Of a DNA stretch of 64,000 bases, positions 57,183 to 64,000 are shown piece after piece. Positions within the stretch are counted from its first letter, which is position 1. Every line of letters starts with the position of its first letter. Source of the DNA: Candidatus Methylomirabilota bacterium (GTDB lineage: Bacteria; Methylomirabilota; Methylomirabilia; Rokubacteriales; CSP1-6); NCBI GenBank assembly GCA_035764725.1, contig DASTYT010000097.1, positions 1,367-65,366 of the forward strand, given 5' to 3'. The notes under the pieces were generated by a model that saw nothing but the letters and a program-made list of their open reading frames with translations, made no database searches and had not been told where the DNA came from. A program made the position numbers and the translations under genes.

Positions 57183-57240
57183 TGTTCTGCAGGTGTCCGT
57201 TGGACCGCGTTCATGAGACGGGCGGCCGGGGAGGTTCGAG

Positions 57241-58128
57241 ATGATCGTCGACTGGTCCAAGAAGCTGCTGGCCGTGGCCGGTACTCTCGGAGTCTCGCTC
57301 ACGCTAGTAGCGAGCGCGCAGGCCTTCACCTTCACCCAAGTGGGTGGCTTCGTGCGCGGTACCGAGACAAGCAGCCCCGGCCCTTCGGCACTCGACGGCA
57401 TCCAGTTCTTCGGCCCGGCGGTTTCGACGACCGACGGCTCGGCGGGGCTTCCCGGCGGCCTCAACACCTACAGCATCATCGCCTGGGGCCGGGGCTCTGA
57501 CGCGGGTGTCATCCCGAATCTCTCCCTCGCCCCGTCCTTCACGGCGATTCCCGGGAGCGGTCCCAACTCCGACAAGAGCGCGCTCCAGTTCATCGGTCAT
57601 GGCGGCTCCATCAATGTCGGCGAGACCGTGGTGGTGAGCGAGATCTTCCACCGGAACCAGGCCATCACCGCGCCCGACCTCCAGCACGTGGACATCTTCT
57701 CCGTGCTCAGCCTCTTCGATGGCGTGACCCCCGTAGTTGTGAGCAAGGACAATGTCCCGGTAGAGTTCCACGAGACGCCAAACACGGCGCCGTGCGACCC
57801 GACCAAGCAGATCTCAGGCACGGCCTGCGACGACTTCTTCACGTTCCCGCTCGGCACGTTCGCGAGCCTGCACTTCACGGCGGGGGGCGAGTCCTTCACG
57901 CTGAGCTTCTCGACGAGCTGCGATACGAGCGACACGAGCCTCGCCCGCTGCGACATCCCCAGCCCGGACGACCTCAGCGAGGGCCAGATCATCACCGCCG
58001 AGGGCCGGATCAATCATCTCCTCGTGCTGATGACGCTGACTCAGGACGTCGTCGAGGTGCCGGCCCCGCCGGCCCTCCTCCTGGTGGGTCTGGGCGTGGC
58101 GCTGGCGCGGCGACGGCGGGCGGCCTAG
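57241..58128 (+). CDS. PEP-CTERM sorting-domain secreted protein
   Basis: Signal peptide. Four Cys. C-terminal [23 protein letters not shown] (PEP-CTERM-like: motif, TM, Arg cluster). Confidence 0.7.
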   Translation: MIVDWSKKLLAVAGTLGVSLTLVASAQAFTFTQVGGFVRGTETSSPGPSALDGIQFFGPAVSTTDGSAGLPGGLNTYSIIAWGRGSDAGVIPNLSLAPSFTAIPGSGPNSDKSALQFIGHGGSINVGETVVVSEIFHRNQAITAPDLQHVDIFSVLSLFDGVTPVVVSKDNVPVEFHETPNTAPCDPTKQISGTACDDFFTFPLGTFASLHFTAGGESFTLSFSTSCDTSDTSLARCDIPSPDDLSEGQIITAEGRINHLLVLMTLTQDVVEVPAPPALLLVGLGVALARRRRAA

Positions 58129-58550
58129 GCCTCTCCGAGCCCCCAGCTCCGGATTCGACGCGGCACGACTCGGAACATCACCCGGTTGGCGGGCATCGAA
58201 TAGCCGCCCCAGTACTGGGCGAGATCGGGGTCGTAGCGCTTCAGGAACCGCTCCACCAGCCGCCGACGCTCCTCGCCCTCGGGCAGGAACAGGGCCCGGC
58301 CCTGCACCGCCACCCCGCGGGCGTCACCGCGCGTGCCCGCCTCGGCGAGGACGCAGACCCGGGGATCGCGCTGCAGGTTCCGCACCTTGCCGAGCCCGTC
58401 GACGCTGATCATCACGATGCTGTCCGGCTCGGGCAGGAGCCACATCGCCATGGCGAGCGGCGAGCCGTCGGGCTGTGTGGTGGCGAGCGTCACCACCTCC
58501 TTGCTTTCCAGGAAGGCGCGGGCGGCAGGACTGAAGACCACCGCGCTCAC
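58125..58550 (-). CDS. pyridoxamine 5'-phosphate oxidase-family (possibly F420-dependent) protein
   Basis: GTG start overlaps the upstream stop (GTGA). Split-barrel FMN-binding-like. Confidence 0.6.
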   Translation of the reverse strand: MSAVVFSPAARAFLESKEVVTLATTQPDGSPLAMAMWLLPEPDSIVMISVDGLGKVRNLQRDPRVCVLAEAGTRGDARGVAVQGRALFLPEGEERRRLVERFLKRYDPDLAQYWGGYSMPANRVMFRVVPRRIRSWGLGEA

Positions 58551-59413
58551 GTGGGCAGCCCGAAGAGCGAGGTCATGCGAGCGGTCCCCTGCATCGCCAG
58601 CATCTCCTCGTCCGGCGGACGACCGGCATAGCGGCCCGCCGCCTCCAGTAGGGTGGGGAGCAGCGAGAGGTCGCCGGCGGTGTTGATGAACGCGCCGGGG
58701 ACCCCCATCGCCCAGTGGATGGCCCGCGCGATGTCCGCGGGACGCTCGAGCGGCTGATACCAGGTCGCGTGCGTGCGCTCGGTGGTGGCCCACGGGCCGC
58801 GCGCGATGGTCTTGATCATCTGCACCGCCACGTTCCGCTCGCGGCAGATCGCCATGACTTCTTCCACGCTCTGCCGGTAGCGCTCGTTCTGCGCCATGAA
58901 GTAGTTCCAGGGGAGGAGGATCGAGTCGAAGTCGAAGCGGGCGAGGCTGCGCCGATGCATGGCGGGGATGGTCCAGCCGTGACCGGTGACGCCGATGAAG
59001 CGCACGAGCCCCTGCGTGCGCGCGTCCACCAGAGCCTCGAGGGCGCCGCCCGACCCCATCGCCTGGTCCCAGTCGTCGGGATGCCCGAGCGAGTGGAGCT
59101 GGATCAGGTCCACGTGGTCGACGCGGAGGCGCTCAAGCGAGCGGTGGAGATCCTCGCGCGCGGCGGCCGCGGTGCGGCTGCCCGTCTTCGTGGCCAGGAA
59201 GAAGTCCTTGCGGTGCCGGGGCATCCACGGTCCGATGCGCAGCTCCGAGTCACCGTAGCGCGAGGCGGTATCGATGTGGTTGACGCCGTGGCGGAGCAGC
59301 AGCTCGAGGGCGCGATCGGCGTCGGCCTGGCTGACCTGTGCGAGGGCGGCGGCGCCGAACAGGGTGACGGTGCTGCGGTGGCCGGTGCGCCCGAACGGAC
59401 GTTGATCGATCAT
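58547..59413 (-). CDS. aldo/keto reductase
   Basis: RBS GGAGGTG. AKR catalytic tetrad context (D..Y..K..H). Confidence 0.85.
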   Translation of the reverse strand: MIDQRPFGRTGHRSTVTLFGAAALAQVSQADADRALELLLRHGVNHIDTASRYGDSELRIGPWMPRHRKDFFLATKTGSRTAAAAREDLHRSLERLRVDHVDLIQLHSLGHPDDWDQAMGSGGALEALVDARTQGLVRFIGVTGHGWTIPAMHRRSLARFDFDSILLPWNYFMAQNERYRQSVEEVMAICRERNVAVQMIKTIARGPWATTERTHATWYQPLERPADIARAIHWAMGVPGAFINTAGDLSLLPTLLEAAGRYAGRPPDEEMLAMQGTARMTSLFGLPT

Positions 59414-59466
59414 GAGGCACCTCCTCGGCCTGGAGGATACCGCAGGCGGGCCGGGCGCGGCCGCCC

Positions 59467-60102
59467 GTGCGCGGGCTGGCGCTCCGCGCTATGATCGGGC
59501 CCGTGCGCTGGATCGCGTGGCCGTGTGTGACTCTCGTGATGGTGCTGGTCAATGTCGCCTTCGCCCAGACGACCGTCCGCGTCCGCGGCGCCGTGGTCGA
59601 TCTCACCGGCCAGATCCTCACCGTGAAATCCCGCGAGGGCACCACCGTCCCCGTGCGCCTCGCCGATAACTACGCGCTGATGGAGGTCAAGAAGGCGAAG
59701 CTCACCGACGTGAAGGTCGGTGACTACGTCGGCACCGCGGCGCTACGCCGCGCCGACGGCAGCTTCCGCGCGCAGGAGGTCCTGATCTTCCCCGTCTTCG
59801 CGCGCGGCAGCGCCGAGGGCCACAGTCCCTGGGATCTCACCCCCGACAGCACCATGACCAACGCCACCGTGGCCCAGGTCGAGGCCAAGGGCGACGGGCG
59901 CACGCTCACGCTCAAGTACAAGGGAGGGGAGGCCGTCGTCCACGTCCCGGCTGCGGCCCCCGTGGTGACCTTCGGCATCGGCCACATCTCCCAGCTCGTT
60001 CCGGGCGCCCATATCTTCATCCAGGGAACCCGCTTGCCGGACGGCACCATCACCACGACCAGCGTGCTGGTGGGCCGCGACAAGCTGGTCCCGCCGATGT
60101 GA
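59467..60102 (+). CDS. secreted hypothetical protein (DUF5666-like beta-rich)
   Basis: Signal peptide. Repeated TV.V..R.G...V motifs. Confidence 0.45.
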   Translation: MRGLALRAMIGPVRWIAWPCVTLVMVLVNVAFAQTTVRVRGAVVDLTGQILTVKSREGTTVPVRLADNYALMEVKKAKLTDVKVGDYVGTAALRRADGSFRAQEVLIFPVFARGSAEGHSPWDLTPDSTMTNATVAQVEAKGDGRTLTLKYKGGEAVVHVPAAAPVVTFGIGHISQLVPGAHIFIQGTRLPDGTITTTSVLVGRDKLVPPM

Positions 60103-60130
60103 GGCCATCCGGCCCCCAAAAGGAGCGCGC

Positions 60131-61708
60131 ATGTCTCTGACCCCACGCCGTCGCGAGCACGTCACGGTCACTCGACGCGATTTCCTGCGCTGGAGCGCGC
60201 TGGCCTCGGGCGGCCTCACCGCACCGTGGGCCGTCCGCACCGCCGGCGCGCAGACCGCGCCGAAGCGGGGCGGGACCCTCCGCGTCGGCTTCTACATCGA
60301 GGCGGCGACGATGGATCCGCACCTGTCCGGCAGCAAGATCGACCGGCAGATCTACCACAACATCTACGAGCCGCTCCTCACCCTGGACACGAACCTCGGC
60401 ATCAAGCCCGGGCTCGCCGAGTCGTGGCAGCTGGTGGACGCGAAGACCCTCGTGTTCAAGCTGCGGCGCGGCGTGAGGTTCCACGACGGCACCGACTTCA
60501 ATGCGGAGGCGGCGAAGTTCAACTTCAACCGCATGAAGACGGAGCCCAAGTCGGTGCGCAAGGGCGAGACCGCGAGCATCGACACCGTGGACGTCGTCGA
60601 CGCCTACACGATTCGCATGAACCTCAAGCGTCCGGATGCCGCGCTTCCCGCCACACTGACGGACCGCGCGGGGATGATGGTGTCGCCCAAGGCGATAGGG
60701 GAGCGCGGCGCGGAGCTGGAGCGGAACGCCACCGGCGCGGGCACCGGCCCCTTCCAGTTCGTCGAGTGGGTCAAAGACGACCACCTGTCGATCAAGAGAA
60801 ATGACAACTACTGGAACAAGCAGGGGGGCCCCTATCTCGACCAGATCCGCTACCGGCCCATCCCCGACGACACCGTCAAGCTCCAGAGCCTCCAGGCGGG
60901 CGAGATCCACGTGATGGACTACGTGCAGCCTCGAGACGTCGCCGCGGTGAAGGCGGACAAGAACGTGGTGGTGCTGGACGTGCCGTCGCTCGCCGACTTC
61001 GCCTATCAGCTCAATCACATCCGGCCGCCCTTCGACGTGAAGGCGCTCCGTCAGGCGGTGGCGCTGAGCCTCGACCTCGAGCAGATCGTCAAGGGCGTGT
61101 GGCTGAACGTGGGGGTGCCCGCCAACGGGCCCATCCCGCCCACGAGCTGGGCGTACGACCGGTCGATTTCGTTCATCAAGCGGGATCTCGCGAGAGCCAA
61201 GGCCAAGCTCGCCGAAGGTGGCAAGCCCGGCGGCTTCACGTTCACCATGACCACCAACAACATCCCCATCAACGTGCAGGAGGCGGAAGTCATCCAGGCG
61301 CAGCTCGCCGAGGCCGGCATCACCATGAAGATCAAGCTGGTGGACTCGGCGACCCTCCTGTCCGACGGCAACTCGAAGAGCTTCGAGATGATCAGCTACC
61401 AGTGGAGTGGGCGCCCCGACCCCGACGGCAACACGTACCAGTTCTTCCGCACCACGCCGGGGACCTCGCTCAACTGGTCCGGCATCTCCAACAAGGAGAT
61501 CGACGCCATCCTCGACAAGTCGCGGGAGGCGTCGAGCCAGGCCGAGCGCAAGCGGCTTTTCAGCCAGCTCACCCGGCTCCTCCAGGAGGAGCTGCCGATG
61601 GTGTTCATCGTCCACCCCATCGAGCCGAAGGCGTTCTCGCCGCGGGTCCAGAACTACGACCCGGTTCCCGATGGCATGATGCGCTTCAAGGACGTCTGGC
61701 TGAAGTAG
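60131..61708 (+). CDS. ABC transporter substrate-binding protein, peptide/nickel family 5, Tat signal
   Basis: RRDFLRWSALASGG. Typical 525-aa SBP_bac_5. Confidence 0.85.
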   Translation: MSLTPRRREHVTVTRRDFLRWSALASGGLTAPWAVRTAGAQTAPKRGGTLRVGFYIEAATMDPHLSGSKIDRQIYHNIYEPLLTLDTNLGIKPGLAESWQLVDAKTLVFKLRRGVRFHDGTDFNAEAAKFNFNRMKTEPKSVRKGETASIDTVDVVDAYTIRMNLKRPDAALPATLTDRAGMMVSPKAIGERGAELERNATGAGTGPFQFVEWVKDDHLSIKRNDNYWNKQGGPYLDQIRYRPIPDDTVKLQSLQAGEIHVMDYVQPRDVAAVKADKNVVVLDVPSLADFAYQLNHIRPPFDVKALRQAVALSLDLEQIVKGVWLNVGVPANGPIPPTSWAYDRSISFIKRDLARAKAKLAEGGKPGGFTFTMTTNNIPINVQEAEVIQAQLAEAGITMKIKLVDSATLLSDGNSKSFEMISYQWSGRPDPDGNTYQFFRTTPGTSLNWSGISNKEIDAILDKSREASSQAERKRLFSQLTRLLQEELPMVFIVHPIEPKAFSPRVQNYDPVPDGMMRFKDVWLK

Positions 61709-61721
61709 CGCGCGCTCCCAC

Positions 61722-62666
61722 GTGGGCCGCCTCGTCGTGCGCCGCCTGCTGGCGACGATCCCGGTGCTCCTCCTCGTCAGCGGCGGCGTCTTCCTGCTCA
61801 TTCACCTCACGCCGGGCGATCCCATCGACGCCATGATGGCGGAGTCGGTGGACGCGACCGTGAAGGAGAATCTCCGGCGCGAGTTGGGGCTGGACCGGCC
61901 GCTCTACCTCCAGTACGTGAGCTGGATGGGCCGCGTGCTGCAGGGCGACCTCGGCCGCTCCATCCGCAATCGCGAGCCGGTGATCGAGAACGTGGGCCGC
62001 CGCATCCGGCCGAGCCTGCAGCTCGCCGGCCTCGCCATGACCATCTCGCTCCTGATCGCGGTGCCGGTGGGCGTGCTGTCCGCGGCGCGCCGGAACGGGC
62101 CGGTGGACCGTGCCGGCGCAACCTTCGCCCTCTTCGGCATCTGCATGCCGAATTTCCTACTCGCCCTCCTCCTGATCTTCCTCTTCGGGGTGAGGCTGCG
62201 CTGGCTGCCCATCTCGGGCTACGTCGATCCGCTGGAGGAACCGTGGGACGGGCTCCGCTCGCTCGTGCTGCCGGCGGTGACGCTGGGGCTCGCCCTCGCC
62301 GCGGTGGTCACCCGGACCCTCCGGGCGAGCATGCTCGAGGCCCTTGCGGAAGACTACGTCCGCACCGCGCGGGCCAAGGGACTCTCGGAGGGCGCGGTCA
62401 TCCGGAGCCACGTCCTCAAGAACGCGCTGATCCCGGTGGTCACGGTGCTGGGCCTCCAGCTCGGCACCCTGATCGGCGGCGCGGTGATCACGGAGTACGT
62501 GTTCGCGCTGCCCGGCGTGGGCCGCCTCGTCGTCGACGCGGTGTTCGCCCGCGATTATCCCCTCGTGCAGGGCGTTGTTTTGCTGATCGCGGTGGGCTTC
62601 ATCCTGAGCAATCTCGCGGTGGATCTCCTCTATGGCTGGATCGACCCCCGGATCCGGCCTCGCTGA
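61722..62666 (+). CDS. ABC transporter permease (DppB/OppB-like)
   Basis: Typical N-terminus and EAA loop. Confidence 0.85.
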   Translation: MGRLVVRRLLATIPVLLLVSGGVFLLIHLTPGDPIDAMMAESVDATVKENLRRELGLDRPLYLQYVSWMGRVLQGDLGRSIRNREPVIENVGRRIRPSLQLAGLAMTISLLIAVPVGVLSAARRNGPVDRAGATFALFGICMPNFLLALLLIFLFGVRLRWLPISGYVDPLEEPWDGLRSLVLPAVTLGLALAAVVTRTLRASMLEALAEDYVRTARAKGLSEGAVIRSHVLKNALIPVVTVLGLQLGTLIGGAVITEYVFALPGVGRLVVDAVFARDYPLVQGVVLLIAVGFILSNLAVDLLYGWIDPRIRPR

Positions 62667-62700
62667 GGGCGCGACGGCGCGCGTCCCCGCCGCGGCGCCG

Positions 62701-63543
62701 GTGACCTCGCCGCGGTGGCGCGCGCTGCGGCGCGCGGCGGGCGCGCGGCTGGCGCCATTCGGTGTCGCCGTCCTGCTGGCCGCGCTCGTGGTGGCGATCT
62801 TCGCGCCGACGATCTCGCCGCACGATCCCCTCAAGCAGGATCTCGGCCACACGCTTGCCCCCCCGAGCCGGGCCCACCTCCTCGGCACCGACAATGTCGG
62901 TCGCGACGTGCTCGCCCGCATGATCTGGGGCACGCGGGTGTCGCTGGTGGCCGGCTTCGTCTCTGTGGCCATCGCGATGACGGTGGGCGGCGTGCTGGGT
63001 CTCGTCGCCGGCTACGCCGGCGGCCGCGCCGACGGGCTCGTCATGCGCTGCATGGACGCCGTGCTGTCATTTCCCCCGCTCGTGCTCGCCCTCGCCCTCG
63101 GCGCGGTGCTGGGCGCGGGACTCACCGGCGTGGTCATCGCCCTCGGGGTCGTCTACACGCCGACCTTCGCGCGGCTCATGCGCGGCCAGGTTCTCAGCAT
63201 CACCGCGCGCGAGTACGTCCATGCCGCGCGCGCGCTCGGGGCGACGGGCTGGCGCATCGCGGTGACCCACGTGCTGCCGAACGCGCTGGCCCCCATCGTG
63301 GTGCAGGCGTCACTGAGCGTGGCGTTCGCAATCCTCGCCGAGGCCTCGCTCTCCTTCCTGGGGCTCGGCATTCAGCCGCCGGCCGCGTCGTGGGGGAGCA
63401 TGATCAATGCCGGGCGCGGCTATCTCCAGCAGGCGCCCTGGATCGCGTTCGGGCCGGGCGCGGCGCTGTTCCTCACGGTGGTGGGGCTGAACTTCGTCGG
63501 CGACGCCGTGCGCGACGCCCTCGACCCGCGCCTGCTCGATTGA
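62701..63543 (+). CDS. ABC transporter permease (DppC/OppC-like)
   Basis: GTG start. An alternative ATG at 62632 would overlap the upstream gene by 35 nt. No ATPase genes follow. Confidence 0.8.
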   Translation: MTSPRWRALRRAAGARLAPFGVAVLLAALVVAIFAPTISPHDPLKQDLGHTLAPPSRAHLLGTDNVGRDVLARMIWGTRVSLVAGFVSVAIAMTVGGVLGLVAGYAGGRADGLVMRCMDAVLSFPPLVLALALGAVLGAGLTGVVIALGVVYTPTFARLMRGQVLSITAREYVHAARALGATGWRIAVTHVLPNALAPIVVQASLSVAFAILAEASLSFLGLGIQPPAASWGSMINAGRGYLQQAPWIAFGPGAALFLTVVGLNFVGDAVRDALDPRLLD

Positions 63544-63546
63544 AGG

Positions 63547-63957
63547 TCAGCGGCGGGCGCGGCTCAGGTCGCGCACCTTCGCGATGAAGGCGTCGGCCTC
63601 GAAGGGCTTGGCGAGGAAGTCCGCCTCCTCGCCCTCGATGGCCTCGCGCGCGCTGCCCTCGTCCACGATGCCCGACACGTAGAGCACGCGCACCCCGGGA
63701 CGCAGCTTGGTGAACCGCTGGGCGAGCTGCCGCCCGTTCATGCCCGCCATCATCATGTCCGTGACCAGGAGGTCGATCTGGGCCGCCTGGGCACCTGCTT
63801 GATCCAGCGCCGCCTGGCCGCTCTCCGCCTCGATCACGCGGAAGCCGGCGGGGCGCAGGATGTTGGCCGCGACGAAGAGAAAGCTCGGATCGTCGTCCAC
63901 CAGGAGCACGGTGCCCACTGCCGCGCCGGCCGGAGGATCGGGCTCGCGCTTGACCAT
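63547..63957 (-). CDS. single-domain response regulator (receiver)
   Basis: LLVDDD...D...P......G receiver motifs. Convergent with the ABC operon. Confidence 0.7.
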   Translation of the reverse strand: MVKREPDPPAGAAVGTVLLVDDDPSFLFVAANILRPAGFRVIEAESGQAALDQAGAQAAQIDLLVTDMMMAGMNGRQLAQRFTKLRPGVRVLYVSGIVDEGSAREAIEGEEADFLAKPFEADAFIAKVRDLSRARR

Positions 63958-64000
63958 GGGCGGCGCGGCGACCGCGGGCTCCGGCGCGGGGCGCTCGACC

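Overview
This 64 kb window is a very GC-rich, gene-dense chromosomal segment (third codon positions are almost always G/C). The organism looks diderm: the window encodes an OmpA-family lipoprotein, a TolC-family outer-membrane factor, a PEP-CTERM protein and sigma-54-dependent regulation. I call about 70 CDS and one tRNA-Asp(GTC). I found no rRNA, CRISPR array, transposase or integrase. Many long ORFs in the six-frame track are antisense or alternative-frame artefacts of the high GC (Arg/Ala/Gly/Pro-rich), and I rejected them.

Gene content in window order:
- A sugar-type ABC importer (binding protein plus two permeases, no ATPase) and a secreted cupin.
- An amidase.
- An NtrC-family sigma-54-dependent two-component system (response regulator, then kinase), co-transcribed with a proline-rich lipoprotein and followed by an OmpA-family lipoprotein.
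- A minus-strand operon of Rieske oxygenase, IlvD/EDD dehydratase, GntR regulator and FAD oxidase.
- A tRNA-Asp with a small XRE-type helix-turn-helix gene module beside it.
- A BigR/YgaV-like sulfide-stress module: an ArsR regulator plus a persulfide-dioxygenase / rhodanese / DUF2892 fusion protein.
- A metal-homeostasis block: an HME-RND efflux system in A-B-C gene order, two cupredoxin-like proteins, a Cu(I) P1B-ATPase, an FTR1 iron permease and a CDF transporter.
- A B12-binding radical-SAM gene next to an HpaB-like flavin monooxygenase.
- A cluster of luciferase-like and PPOX-like (possibly F420-linked) oxidoreductases with an MBL-fold alkylsulfatase and an esterase.
- A PEP-CTERM secreted protein.
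- A peptide-type ABC importer, again without ATPase genes.

The most interesting non-coding signals are four good matches to the sigma-54 -24/-12 consensus (GG-N10-GC): upstream of the ompA-like gene, upstream of an orphan receiver gene, upstream of the PEP-CTERM gene, and upstream of a small Cys/His-rich membrane ORF that precedes the RND pump. The first two each have TGTA-N5-TACA palindromes about 100-130 bp upstream, which is the geometry of enhancer sites for the adjacent NtrC-family activator. Several strikingly AT-rich islands sit inside this otherwise ~70% GC DNA.

The candidate for a previously undescribed system is this sigma-54 regulon: one enhancer-binding protein in the window, four predicted promoters, and targets that include envelope proteins, a PEP-CTERM protein and a small Cys/His-rich membrane ORF ahead of the RND efflux genes. 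I could not run homology searches or structure prediction; all family assignments are from motifs read by eye.
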